A stretch of 64,000 bases of DNA from positions 29,078,001 to 29,142,000 of the forward strand of contig NC_043018.1 in NCBI RefSeq assembly GCF_006345805.1, written 5' to 3'. The notes under the pieces were generated by a model that saw only the letters and a program-made list of their open reading frames with translations, made no database searches and was not told where the DNA came from. Shown piece by piece: positions 38,641 to 53,180 of this stretch (position 1 is the stretch's first letter; the number at the start of each line of letters is the position of its first letter). The DNA comes from Octopus sinensis. Lineage: Eukaryota. The translations under genes and the position numbers were made by a program.

Positions 38641-39148
38641 AGGACGATTTCACCTCGTGAGCAAATATTATTTATTTACTTGCTAAACTAAAATCAGAAA
38701 CCAATTGGTCCAGAAAACTTGATGCTAAAATGTTTTGATTTTTTCATTTCGTTTCTGTCAAATTTTATCCATGATTTGTGTGGTTATAGAACCTAGCTGT
38801 TCTTTCTAACGTGTTGAATTCTATTAGTGGATTCCTTATGTGGTTAAATGTATACTATATATATATATATATTATAATATATATATATATATAGATATAT
38901 ATATATATATAATATAATATATATATATATAGATAGATAGATAGATAGATAGATATACACGTATATATATGTTTGTATATTATGTATATATCTATCCATC
39001 TCTCGCTAGTCTATATATATATACATATATATGTACACATACGCGCGCGCACACACACACACACACATATATTATATAATATATATATATATTATACATA
39101 TACATATATATATATACATATATATTATATATATATATTATATTATAC

Positions 39149-39216
<68 letters not shown>

Positions 39217-39269
39217 CACACTATACATATAAATATAAGGTGCGAGTGTTAATGAATGAGTGTCGTCTA

Positions 39270-40030
39270 AATGTTAACCTGAGATTTTCATTTTCAGACC
39301 TATATTTAGCAAAATTACATAAAATATCTTGAAATAAAGGGTAAATTTACTCAATAAAATCGCCACTGGCTTCAACCACGGCCTCCAGACGACTTTGGAA
39401 TTTCCTGCAACTCTTCTGGACGTTCTCCTTGTTTAAGTTGGTAAATGCTTCCATAATCCTTGCCTTCGGTTTATCTTTGGTGTTGCAAGTAGTTTTGTTT
39501 ATCTCTTGCTCCACTGCACCCCTAACATAATATAATAATCAAGGGGTTTACAGTCGGTGAGTTAGGAGGCCAGATGTTCGGGGTGATGTGGTCTCAGAAA
39601 TTGTCTGATAGCCATGACTGTGTTCTCCTTGTGACCTAGTGCAGAGTCCTGTTTCCAGACAGAGGGTCTTCCAGTAGCCGCCCTTTGACTCAGGGAAACA
39701 CTACCTCCTGGCTCAGGGAAACACTACCCCTTCGAGACACTTGATATGGGCCTCCATGTTGAGTGTAAGGCTGTGTGAGTAGATGAATAGATGCTTAACT
39801 TCGCCCTAACAAGTGATCATTCCAAACACCAAGAGGTTGACCGGATGTTCCAATATTATCACTCACGGAACATATCCTCACATTGACACCCAGAAACTCT
39901 GGAATGTTCGTACTGGAGCTTCGGGTGCGAGATGTCAAGCGGTGTAGCATGTTTACGAATTTGTGACAGAGTAAAATACGTCACGGTGCTGTTGTTATAA
40001 CAGACGGTGCCCAAGTGTACCTACTATACT
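39270..40030 (-). mobile_element. Decayed DD37D/maT-like transposon
   Basis: Minus strand reads ATGRPSVWKQDSA..., IWPPNSP..PLDYY, GAVEQEINKTTCNTKD...SRLEAVVEASGDFIE* (stop at 39347-39349). Confidence 0.75.
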
Positions 40031-40147
40031 GTGTAGTCTCCCAAATTAAAAACAAACAATGAGCATACACCCTGTATATATATACATATATGTGTGTGTG
40101 TGTGCATGTGTGTTTCTGAGTCTGTGTTTCTGTGTGTGTGTATATAC

Positions 40148-40178
<31 letters not shown>

Positions 40179-40210
40179 TGTATGTATGTATGTATGTATG
40201 TATGTATGTA

Positions 40211-40250
<40 letters not shown>

Positions 40251-40404
40251 ATATATATATATATATTAGGAAAACATCCATATGAAATGCTACAATGGAG
40301 GTCTTTGGTAAGTAACACTGAAATATATTTCCTTCGCAATATGAAAGATTATATGCTGTGCATTGTTTGCGCTCCTTGCATTGAAGCAGTGCACTTTGTA
40401 TGAT

Positions 40405-40448
<44 letters not shown>

Positions 40449-40539
40449 AGACCTGTTCGCTATTCAATACTTCTTACTATAGCCATTATAATTTCGTGCA
40501 ACACTTCTTATCATCAACAATATAAGCAGAAATACCACC

Positions 40540-40725
40540 ACCACCACCTCCATCACCACTACCACCTCCATCACCACTACCACCACCAACATCAATAATC
40601 TTACCATCGTCGGTGGTGATTCAGATGTTGTTATTGGTGTAAGGTAGCCATTATTAACTTCACTCTCATCATCATCATGATCGTTACCATTATTATTATT
40701 ATCATTATTCTTCTTCTTATTATTA

Positions 40726-40770
<45 letters not shown>

Positions 40771-40855
40771 TATTATTATTATTATTATTACTATATATTA
40801 TATATTATTATTATTACTATTATTATTATATGTTATTATTTTTATCCTCCTCCTC

Positions 40856-40905
<50 letters not shown>

Positions 40906-40994
40906 TATTATCATTATTATATATTATTATTATTACTATTATTATTATATGTTATTATTTTTGATCAATATCATCATCATCATCATCATCATCA

Positions 40995-41031
<37 letters not shown>

Positions 41032-41035
41032 CATT

Positions 41036-41066
<31 letters not shown>

Positions 41067-41070
41067 CGTT
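40540..41070. repeat. Compound trinucleotide microsatellite (ACC/ATC/ATT/GTT)
   Basis: Direct reading. Confidence 0.95.
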
Positions 41071-41499
41071 AGTATTATTACTAGAGAGTTGGTATATTAC
41101 ATAGATGCTAATGTAATTTTTCTTTCAATTCCCTTACCTTTTTCTCTCCTCTCTCTCCCTCCTTCTCTCTATCTCTCTTTCTCTTTCTCTCTCTTCCAAA
41201 GCTATTGATGTAATTCCTTTATTTGCTTCTAAATTACTCACCCACTCAATGTTCTTCAACAAAAACATTTTACATATTTGAGGAAATGTTCGTTCTTTGG
41301 AAAGATTTGCGCGTTTGAAATATGAAATACGAAAAAAAAATGAATGAATGAATAAATAAATAAATTTAAAAAAGCAAAAGAAAAAAACCCAAATTTGCGT
41401 GGAAAAGAATTGTCATGTTTGATATTAGGCTAAACAAGTTTCTTGGTTAGTTAATTCCTTTCTTCGGCGATAACAAACGTATACTGCAATGGTAAAAAA

Positions 41500-41523
41500 A
41501 CTTCTACTATTACTACTACTACT

Positions 41524-41585
<62 letters not shown>

Positions 41586-41660
41586 ATACTACTACTCCTA
41601 CTACTACTACTACTTCTACTACCGCTGGGGCTGCTGCTGCTGCTGCTACTAATATTACTT

Positions 41661-41706
<46 letters not shown>

Positions 41707-41970
41707 TAATAATAATAATAATAAGAAGAAGAACAACAACAACAGCAACAACAAGACCAACAACAATATCGACGACGAGAACGACGATGACAACGACGAC
41801 GACGGCGTTAACAGTAATACCAACAATGGTGACGGCAACGATAACATCGACAATAATAACAACTTAATGACGATAGCGATGGAGATGACGATGACGATGA
41901 TGATGATGATGAGGATGAGGAGGAGGAGGAGGATGACGACGTTGATGATGATGATGATGATGATAATGCA
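41500..41970. repeat. Compound trinucleotide microsatellite (ACT/GCT/AAT/AAC/GAC/GAT/GAG)
   Basis: Direct reading. Similar arrays lie at 88-190, 51485-51910 and 60172-60308. Long (TA)n, (CA)n and (TATG)n tracts occur throughout the window. Confidence 0.95.
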
Positions 41971-42169
41971 TACCTCCTTACTAAAGATGTTGGTAAGTTG
42001 TTACGTAACTTCTAATAGAGAATGATTCTTTTTATTACTTGCTGATAGGAAATTAAATAATCTCTGTAAAGAGAATTGCTTAAGACACAGATAACATTTT
42101 TTTGTTGGCATTCCTTTTTTTGAATATAAATATATATATATATATATATACACATATATTTATACACAC

Positions 42170-42235
<66 letters not shown>

Positions 42236-42420
42236 CCACGTATATATATATATAGCTATATATACATATATGTAAATGCATATATATATACATATATATG
42301 TATATATATATGTGAGTGTGTGTGCGAGTATAATGTATATGTGCTTATATGTATGTACACATATATATATATACATATATAGTGATATATATATATATAT
42401 ATATATTATATTTATATATA

Positions 42421-42466
<46 letters not shown>

Positions 42467-43535
42467 ATGCATGTGTTATACGTGTGTGTCGATCGTGTTT
42501 TTTAATAACTAAACCACACACTAGGTAAAATACTCTAAGCGAATTATAACAAAGAAGATATGAACTCTCCCATCGCTTCGACGAATGCATTTATAGCAAG
42601 GCACAGCTCTACGTTAAAGGACGGTGAAAAAACTGCCATCATTATAAAGTCGTCTATATACAGGGTCAAAGCAGAAAACTTTCAATAGCCTCCTATACCT
42701 GCATTCTTCGTCTCTTTCCCCATCGCCACCGTAGGTTCGTGCAGGTGTCTTGATTTGCTGATCAATTTGCATGAAGAAAATATTGGTATAGTGAGCATAG
42801 ATTGTACAGAACCAATCTCACTCTCTCGTCCTCCAAATTGATTTGGTGCAACAAATACCACGAACTCAGTAGATGTCAAGATTCAGTATATGTATGGAGT
42901 TATGTTCATTTAAATGAACAGCTACAGAGCTGACCTCGGTCGGTTGGTGTGGTCTGTCAGTAACGTTCTTCCGGCAATTACGTAACATGGTAGGCACAGC
43001 ATAGCCGAGACCCTGAAGGGTGCTACTACTATGGATCAAAGTAGGCCTGAGAAAATTAGTGGCTAAATGCTGGTTCGTCTCTTATCAAAATTTTCAAACC
43101 AGAGTTCCACAAATGCATATTTAAAGCCAGACCCAGGATGATAGAGTAGAATGTTAATCCAGGATGTTAGTTTAGTTAACTGTTAAGGGTGTCAGATAAG
43201 CTCCCTTAGAGCAACTATTGTGGCTCTATTTGCCTTTCATCCTTTCGGGGTCGATAAATTAAATACCAGTTACGCACTGGGGTCGATGTAATCGGCTTAA
43301 TCCGCTTGTCTGTCCTTGCTTTGTCCCCTCTGTGTTTAGCCCCTTGTAGGTAGTAAAGAAACAGGTATATCGTTCGTGTTTACATTCTGAGTTCAAATTC
43401 CACCGAGATCCACGTTGCCTTTCTTGGTTTCATGGTCGCTAAAATAAGTAACAATTGAGCACTAGGGTCGATCTGATCGCCTAAACTCCTTCCACCTAAA
43501 TTGCTAGTTTTGTGACAAATGTTGAAATTAATATA

Positions 43536-44056
43536 CCGTAAATCCTCGAGTATAGTCCACCCTTGAGTATAATGCGCAGGGGATTTTTAGGGAGCTGTAC
43601 CTCTGGAAAATCTAAACCTTGTGTATAATGCGCACCCCTTCTCTAACTTGAGTCGTGCGTAATAAAACCAGCAGCACGTAGTCGAACAAACACTTCCGTG
43701 CATGCGTAATACAATAATGGTGATGTTCTTAACTGTTAATATGGGAATGTAAATATGTTTGCAAATTGTTTTTGTTTTTGCTTTATTCTGTGTTCTGAAT
43801 ACTTTTATTGTAATAAATGTTGCTTACTGCAAGTTATGGATGATTCTTTTATGACTTCATTGCTTTCAGGCTTAGCTCGAGGTATTTTCGCGCCCGACAC
43901 AAAATCCGTCTGAATAAATATTGCCGGACAGTTACTAGAGATTCGGACATTGCTTAGAAAATATTTTTCATTTTTAACCTCGTATATAGTACGCACTAGG
44001 AATTTTGACCTTTAAAATTTGGGGTAAAAATGCGGATTATACTCGAGGACTTACGG
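43536..44056. mobile_element. pogo/Tigger-like MITE
   Basis: TIRs are CCGTAAATCCTCGAGTATAGTCC and GGATTATACTCGAGGACTTACGG, with TA on both sides. Confidence 0.8.
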
Positions 44057-44909
44057 TATATAGCATCCTATTGTGGCGAGGTAGTAGAGTCGTTAACACG
44101 CCGGGTAAAATCGTTAGCAGTATTTCGTTCGTGTTTAGGTTCTGAGTTCAAACTCTGCCGAGGTCGGCCTTGTTATTAATCGTTTCAGCAAAGGTAAAAT
44201 AAGTACCAGTTGCATACTGGGGTCGATATATTTAACTAGACTCCTCGCCCGAAATTACTGAGACAATATTGGTTTTTAATGAAAGAATCAATGCTTGATT
44301 GAACCAGTGTATTTACAGATCAATTTATGATTCAAACTAGAAACAGACATCTTTGTATTAGATACAATAAACCGATTAGTGTTTCAAATACACCATCTTT
44401 AGATATCAGATACGTTAAACAGAACATACTTAATTTACTAATTAAAAATACGAAATCCAATTTACGTCTCTATCTAAAATTCTGTCTGTTATTGGATTTA
44501 CTTCATTATCTCGAAATATAAAATTGTAAGGTAATACATTTGTTGTTGTTTCATTCTTTCCTTTAGAAGAATTAAAACAAATATCTCTTTGAATAATTAA
44601 TATTTAATATATAGATAAATAATTAGATTATTCCAAGAATATATATCATATTATACTTATTACAGAAAACTGTAAGGATTGAAGAGAACTATTTCAGTTA
44701 AGAGATACCTAATTAAATCAAGATATTTCATTAAGACACACACACACACACACACATTACACGCACACACACAAACACTACACGCACACACACACACACA
44801 TACACACGCAAGGTTATCTATGTATCTATATATATATTTATATATATATAATATATATATAGGTAAATATATATATATAACTATATACCTATATATTATA
44901 TATATATAT

Positions 44910-44956
<47 letters not shown>

Positions 44957-44987
44957 ACTATATATATACACAGATATATACAACATC

Positions 44988-45385
44988 GGCGTAGGAGTGG
45001 CTGTGTGTTAAGTAGCTTGCTTACCAACCACATGGTTCCGTAGCACCTTGGTCAAGTGTCTTCTACTATAGCCACGGGCCGACCAAAGCCTTGTGAGTGG
45101 ATTTGGTTGACGGAAACTGAAAGAAGCCCGTCGTATGTATGTATAAATATGTATATGTGTATAAGTCTGTGTGTCTGTGTTTGTCCCCCAACATCGCTTG
45201 ATAACCGATGCTGGTGTGTTTACTTCCCTGTAAATTAGCGGTTGGGCAAAAGAGACAGATAGAATAAGTACAAGGCTTCCGAAGAAGAAATCCTGGGGTC
45301 GATTTGCTCGACTAAAGGCGGTGCTCCAGCATGGCTACAGTCAAATGACTGAAACAAGTAAAAGAGTAAAAAGAGTAAAGAGAGT
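44988..45385 (+). mobile_element. SINE family A
   Basis: As 28879-29309. A diverged antisense 3' half follows at ~45425-45600. Confidence 0.85.
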
Positions 45386-46642
45386 ATACATACATATATA
45401 ATTGCGTGAATCTCCTATGTTTTCCTTTTCTTGTTTCATTCGTTAGACTGGGCCATGCTGCAGCACCGCCTTCTAGGATGTTAGATGAACGAATCGATCT
45501 CACAACCAATTCTTAAGCCTGGTAGTTAATGCACCGATAGGTTGCAGAGACGTAAACATACCAGCATCGGTTTTCACGCGGTGGTGGGGCACAGACATAG
45601 ATACAAAGGCACACATACACATGCAGGCACACATATATACACTTACACATACATATATATATATACACATATATGCATACATGCATATATATATATATAT
45701 ATATATGTACATATATATTATATATATGTACATACATATATATATATATACGTATATACATATATATATATATATATATATAATGTGTGTATATATATAT
45801 ATATATGTACTATATATATATATATATATATATATGCATGTATGCATATATGTATATATATATATATATATACATATATTATATATAATATATGTTATAC
45901 ACATATATTATATACATATATACATATACATATATATATATATATACAATATATATATATATATATGTGTGTGGTGTGTGTATACATATATATAAATTTA
46001 AACTGCTACGCGCTTTCCATAAAGGGAAGCTTTTATGGTCATCAGGCCGAAGATACCTTAGTTAAATGAAGGTTACATTGCCGTCAATGGATCCCAAGTT
46101 AACACGCAAGAGATTTGATCGAAAATGAGTGGGGTGGGTGGGGGTTAGAATGAAGCTGACTGAGGGATGGTCTTTGTGAATACAAGGCTGGGATCATTTA
46201 CTATGTGACCTGTAAATAAATAATATATATTGTCACACCCGTGTGTAAACACTTAAACAGAATCAAAGAAAATAAGAGGGAATAATTTTAGAGGTAAAAT
46301 TATCAGGAGAAGAAGAGAACGAGAATATTTAGGAGCAGTAGTAAGGTAATTTCTTAGGAGAAGAGGGGGAGAAAGCTGGAGAGGGTGAGAGATGAAGCCT
46401 CTGGTCAATTGACCAGGAACTTGTGAGTATTGTTTCTATATCAGAGAGAGAGAGAGAGATGGAACAAGAGAGAGGAAGAGAGGAAGTGAAAGTGAGAGAC
46501 AAACCATATATGGAGAGAGACTGAATGAGGGAGACAAAAAGACAGAGAAACAGAGAAGACGAGGGAAACGTTTTGCTATATTGAGAAAAAAAGGAGGAAA
46601 ATAACTTCACAATTTCCCCAGCAGAAAACAAATGTGACCCAG

Positions 46643-46685
<43 letters not shown>

Positions 46686-46762
46686 TATATATATTACACA
46701 TATATATATATACATATATATATAAATATATATACATATATTTATATATATATATATATATA

Positions 46763-46805
<43 letters not shown>

Positions 46806-46821
46806 TACATATATACATACA

Positions 46822-46854
<33 letters not shown>

Positions 46855-47309
46855 ATACATATATATATTTGCTTAATTATGACATATCATTTATGACTAC
46901 CCATCATTAGTATATGGTATACCTGAAGATGTTACTAGCATTGTGATTCAAATATAACCATAGCGTTACTCGTATGTCACCTTAATTACTAGAAATTAAG
47001 AGCAATAGTTAATTGGTTAACACCCATATTAAAATTTACGTGTACGTTCTGTAATTGCGTAAATTAGCAAAGACGAAATAATAGCTTAGAATTATGACTG
47101 GTGCTGAATATTAAATATCCAGTGACAGTAATATATCTCTTAATAAGTTCTAATACTTATCGTCGATAATTGCATTTCATTCTCCAAATTTTAATTGAAA
47201 TATCTTGAAACAGTTAGCTCAAACTTTCCAAACAATCTCACCTATTTCGAATAACAATCAGTGTGCTATATATATATATATATATATATATAATTATATA
47301 TATATAGGG

Positions 47310-47495
47310 AGAGTACACGGAAAAAAAAATAAGACGAAGACAGGTGGTGTACAAAACAAGCAGATGTATAGTATAACGATCAGGAATTGAAAAAGTCTTT
47401 TACGTTTCGAGCCTATCCTCCTCTACAGAAAGGGACACAGAAAAACAAGGAGAGAAAAAACAAATTTGTGTAGTGGCTACCGATCTATCATGGTG
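47310..47495 (-). mobile_element. Short PLE-derived repeat with a variant minimal HHR (47397-47432)
   Basis: Minus strand reads CUUU-CUGUAGA-G-GAG..CUC-GAAA-CG-UA^AAAG. The same family occurs at 57500-57715 on the plus strand. Confidence 0.5.
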
Positions 47496-47511
47496 ACTAT
47501 ATCTATATCTA

Positions 47512-47620
<109 letters not shown>

Positions 47621-47657
47621 TCTATCTATCTATCTATCTATCTAATCTATCTATCTA

Positions 47658-47699
<42 letters not shown>

Positions 47700-48274
47700 T
47701 AGAGAGAGAGAGAGAGAGAGAGAGATATTCATTTTGTTATTTCTACATAGAGATGATTTTATGTACCATGATATCTTTTTCAATAATTCAATATATACAT
47801 ACCAATACGCATTTATAAATGTATCTATATAGTTAACTATACTTATGTGTCCCTCCAGCTATATGTGTGCACGTATATATGTATGTATAATATATGGTAG
47901 TAGGTAGTAAAGCCATGGTGTAAAATATCAATTAAACGGAAGAATGCAACGAGTGCAGTTATGGAAATTGGAAATAATTATTATTCAAGTCATCAGTGGA
48001 TCAGGAATGTGAAATTCCGGGTCGTGACTTAGGCGTATTCTATTTTGAATAAATAAATTCTTATGAATGAAGATAAATGTGTGTATTTGTGTGTACATAT
48101 GTATACGAACGTGTATGTATATGTATGTGATGATGATGAAGATAATGATTACGATGGTGCTGATGACGACGACGGCGGTGGCATTGGTGATGATGGCTTG
48201 TTTCAACGTGTTTCGCGTTCAGTTCTCCATGCCGCGGCACCTAGAGAGCATTTATAAGGATTTTACTCGCATGC

Positions 48275-48689
48275 GGCATAGGAGAGACTCTGTGGTACGT
48301 AGCTTGCTTACGAACCACATGGTTCCGGGTTCAGTACCACCGCGTGACAAGTGTATCCTTGGGCAAGTGTATCCTACTATAGCCTCGGGCCGACCAAAGC
48401 CTTGTGAGTGGATTTGGTAGACAGAAAGTGAAAGAAGCCTGTCGGATATATGCATATATATATATATGTGTTTGTATATATGTGTATATATATTTGTGTG
48501 TCTGTGTTTGTCTCCCCCACTCAACATCGCTTGGCAACCGATGCTGGTGTGTTTACGTCCCCGTAACTTAGCGGTTCGGCAAAAGAGCTCAATAGAATAA
48601 ATACTAGGCTTACAAAGAATAAGCTCGACTAAAAAAAGGCGGTGCTCTAGCATGGCCGCAAGTCAAATGACTGAAACAAGTAAAAGAGT
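48275..48689 (+). mobile_element. SINE family A
   Basis: As 28879-29309. A decayed further copy lies at ~48830-49085. Confidence 0.85.
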
Positions 48690-49442
48690 ATGAAAATTCC
48701 TTTTCCGACACAAGACGTCTGTCATAGAATATTACTCTCTGAATATGAATATAGGACTTAAAATCAAAAAGCACAGACTACAAATTACAATTGTTTATAC
48801 TACGTGCTGCGAAGCCTCGTAAAAGGAGAGAAGCCACGGCCGTTTATGTTTCAATGAAGCACCGACGATCCTTATGGCTGGTGACTGCATTCCTAATTGC
48901 GGAAGAGAACCCCGGTGCCGTTCTCTTTACGTCACTGTAATTTCAGTGGTTCGGCATAAGATAACTACCGCATATGTACCAGACTTTAAAAAAATACGAA
49001 CTGTTCCATCTAAAAATTCCGAAGCGATGCTCCGGCATGGCGACATTCCAGTGACGTACACCAGTAAAAGATGAAAGCCAAAAGATAATAGGAAATGTAC
49101 AGATGCATAAAAATGAATGTATGCGCATTCATACTCAGTTACAGGTTTCTGTATTTTGACTACAACCATTTAACGGCAATGCATTCAAGATCTTTTCGAT
49201 GATATCGATCAACACAGGTACACTAGTATTATATTTTATTGATTTCTATTCATTGCTCGGCTAACTCTGTTATGAAACGTATATTTTTCGACACTTCGAT
49301 GCACGCATGGTTTTTTTGTGTAGTCACAAATATAATCACACACTACGCATACATACATACATACATACATACATACATACATACATACATACATACATAC
49401 ACACACACATATATATATATATTATATATATTATATATATAG

Positions 49443-49470
<28 letters not shown>

Positions 49471-49474
<4 letters not shown>

Positions 49475-49704
49475 AATCAAGGAACGGCCATAATAGGCCA
49501 TTCACCCACTAGAAATAACAGCCAAAAAGCTTCAACCGCAAAATAACATTAATTCTGTAAACCAGGAGAAATTAAAAAAACATTTACCCTTAATTTTTTT
49601 AATTTTCTCCTGGTTTACAGAATTAATGTTATTTTGCGGTTGAAGCTTTTTGGCTGTTATTTCTAGTGGGTGAATGGCCTATTATGGCCGTTCCTTGATT
49701 GTGA
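49471..49704. repeat. Near-perfect palindrome, ~110-bp arms, 13-nt loop
   Basis: tcacaatcaaggaacggccataataggcc.. pairs with ..ggcctattatggccgttccttgattgtga, with one 1-nt indel. Confidence 0.92.
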
Positions 49705-50479
49705 TATTGAACTTAAAAATGGTTTATGACTATTTAATTTTTTCCCACTAGGCCGCTGGGGGCAAAAGAATTCTACAAAATTTTTTTTGCCTCCCTATAT
49801 TGATTAATTATATATATATATATATATAATTATAAGAGGGAACCACTATGTGGAAACCCTTCACGCTAGAAAAAAATTCCGCTATGGTCTCAACCACTAA
49901 GAATTGTTCTCCAGAAAATTTAGCATATCAGAAACGTAAACAAGCAAGACAAATGACAAATAACAAAAGTATACATTAATCACAACTAATTGTTTCACTA
50001 TCAATAAATTACGTAATTTTACTTACACAACTTATCTGTAGATCGTCAGTGTGATCTTCTCTACAAGATATAATTTGTAGAACTACACGCCAGATACCAA
50101 CACGAGGTCGAAAATGCATGTATATATATGTGTTAAAGTTAATCCAAACAAGAAAACACACACAAAAAAAAAACACAACAACGCGAGGACGTGGAACAGA
50201 TAAAGTATTATTGGACGCTCAGGAAAGAAGGGAAGAAACCTATGTATACACACACACAAATATATATATATATCGTTAGATCGATATATATATATCACGA
50301 AAGAATTGGAAGGCAAAGTCAACCACTGCGGTATTTGAACACTGTACGTAAACACGGAGAAAATGGCTGCTAAGCACATCAGCCCAAAATATTAGCAGTG
50401 AGTAGCAACTTGCTTTAAAACATTCTTTTTGATATTCACTGTTTTTATAAAACACACCCGTACACACATATATTTGGTT

Positions 50480-51273
50480 TCAAATTTTGGCACAGGGCCA
50501 GCAATTTGGTGGTAGAGGTTAAGTCGGTTACATTGACTCCTGCGCTCAAATGGTACTTATTTTCCTGACACCGAATGGATGAAAGGCGAAGTCGACCCCG
50601 GCGCAAGTTGAACTCAGAACGTAAAGGCGAACGAAATACCTATTTCTTTACTACCCACAATAGGCTAAACACAGAGAGGACAAACATGGACAGACAAACG
50701 GATTAAGTCGATTACATCGACCCCAGTGCGTAACTGGTACTTATTTAATCTACCCCGAAAGGATGAAAGACAAAGTCGACCTCGACGGAATTTGAACTCA
50801 GAACGTAATGGCAGACGAAATACCTATTTCTTTACTACCCACAATGGGCTAAACACATAGGGGCAAACATGGACAGACAAACGGATTAAGTCGATTACAT
50901 CGACCCCAGTGCTTAACTGGTACTTATTTAATCTACCCCGAAAGGATGAAAGACAAAGTCGACCTCGGCGGAATTTGAACTCAGAACATAACAGCAGACG
51001 AAATACCGCTAAGCATTTCTCCCCGACAGACGAAATATCTATTTCTTTACTACCCACAATCGGCTAAACGCAGAGGACAAACAAGGACAGACAAACGGAT
51101 TAAGTCGATTACATCGACTCCAGTGCGTAACTGGTACTTATTTAATCGACCCCGAAAGGATGAAGCTCGGCGGAATCGAGCTCGGCGGAATTTGAACTCA
51201 GAACGTAGAGGTAGACGAAATATCGCTAAGAATTTTGCTAATCGTGCGAACGTTTCTGCCAGCTCGCCGCCTT
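50480..51273 (-). mobile_element. SINE family B with ~4 tandem 184-bp body units
   Basis: tatttctttactacccacaa recurs at 50641, 50825 and ~51040, with a single head at ~51230-51273. Confidence 0.85.
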
Positions 51274-51487
51274 CAAACACACACACACACACACACATTA
51301 CTAGCTCATTGCATAAGTATTTAGTGTCTGAATTACTGCTTTCCAAATATTACAAAATATATAGGTCCAACGATGCAAAAGCTGAACATTCGTCCGTATT
51401 TTATAAGATTTCACGCATCTGAGTAATTCGCGACTTTATTAAATATGTTCTAGGAATAATAATGCATTTCGTTGCTGGTTTTATAGT

Positions 51488-51531
<44 letters not shown>

Positions 51532-52304
51532 ACGGTAATGATGATGAGGGTGATGATGATGAGGAGGAGCAGGAGGAGATGACGAGGATGAGGGTGATGC
51601 TGGTGGAATGGTCATAATGATAGCGTCGTGATGAACACGATTTTGATGGCGTTGGGGCCGACGGTTTTGATGCTGCTTGCTGATCTCGTACTTGACGATG
51701 ACGACGACGACGACGATGATGGTGATGATGATGATGATGGTATTGAACGTAATCACAATAGTGATAGTGATGATGATGATGACGACGTCGATGACGGCGG
51801 CGGCAATAATAATAATAATGATAAATGCTATTGATACTAATGATGTTGATGGTGATAATGTTGATGGTGATGATTCTCATAATGATAGTAACAACGTTGT
51901 TGATGCTGCTTATAATGCGCATGTCTTATAAATGGCTACATTTTTCTTCTTGTTTTTTAATACAAAGACATCAAGATTTAGTTGTTTCTACAGTAGTCTA
52001 GGACTAACCCACAAGCGCGTGCAAATAGTATTGTATGGTATTAGGTGGTATTAGAGAGAGTCTTACTTCAGGTCGTATTTTAAGCCGTTTTCCTTGGAAA
52101 CTTCTTAATCTTTGAATCATTAAATACCAATTTGTCTCCGATATACACATTGTTTTGCGTATACACAGTCACTGGTTTAAAGATAATCTCTTGCGTATAC
52201 ACAATCTCAACATGAAAATATTATCAATTATTTGAACATTTCTTTATTTCTTCCTACACGCACACTCACACAGGTACACACACACACACATATATATATA
52301 TATG

Positions 52305-52383
<79 letters not shown>

Positions 52384-52482
52384 ATATATATATATACATA
52401 CACACAGATAGACATACAGAGACACAGAGAGAGAGAATCTGTGTGTGTGTTTAAGAAAGAACAGTAAAAGAGTGATATATAT

Positions 52483-52526
<44 letters not shown>

Positions 52527-52543
52527 CAATAATAATAATATAA

Positions 52544-53180
52544 TGAGGCAAATCGTTGCTAAACCCTTAATTACTTAGTATTACTTAAACCTTCCTTGAA
52601 TGGGGCTTTTACATGCCGAAATCTACTTGGTGAAATTGATGATTATTCCAAATTAATTAATTTCACCCTATATTATTATTGATAATTATATTTCATCCCA
52701 GTAGAAAACCTGTAGCATCTTATTTTGGCAGCACGCTGACGGAAGGGGGATGGTGACATACTTTCATTCACCCTTTGAATTTGGTGGTACTGGTAATGGC
52801 TTACGCTCGCTCTGATACCATGAGTTGAGGTAATGTCTTCTAGTGCCTTCAAATTTAATACACAATTATTAATGATTGATACGCAATTATTTATAATTGT
52901 AGAGTCCTACGCTGAGGAGGAAAATAGTTAGGTAAGACATAATTATTTAATTTTTATGCTTTCCTATGGCTTAATTCCGAAACGTACGTCCGTAGGTGAC
53001 TTAATGTAGAATGATTATCGTCATTTCTTTCTCTTTTGCCTGCGTTGTTTGCCTTTTAAGTGCTATGGTTTTTACTGGGATCTCCCTTTTAAGTAGAAAG
53101 AATAGCCAAAACTCTTTTGACTGCTATTTCTAAATTCGGTGTGTGGTGAGGCAAATCGTTGCTAAACCCTTAATTACTTA

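Noticed and set aside
41489-42025. 178-aa poly-T/A/N/D/M/R ORF, and poly-Q/H ORFs at 51401-51931
   Set aside because: Compound trinucleotide arrays are stop-free by construction, and there is no splice or domain evidence.
42560-42700. Minus-strand LYIDDF resembling an RT catalytic motif
   Set aside because: The frame is short and no flanking RT motifs are present.
46228-46640. TGTCACACCC start suggestive of a solo LTR
   Set aside because: No matching ..ACA end, TSD, PBS or PPT was found.
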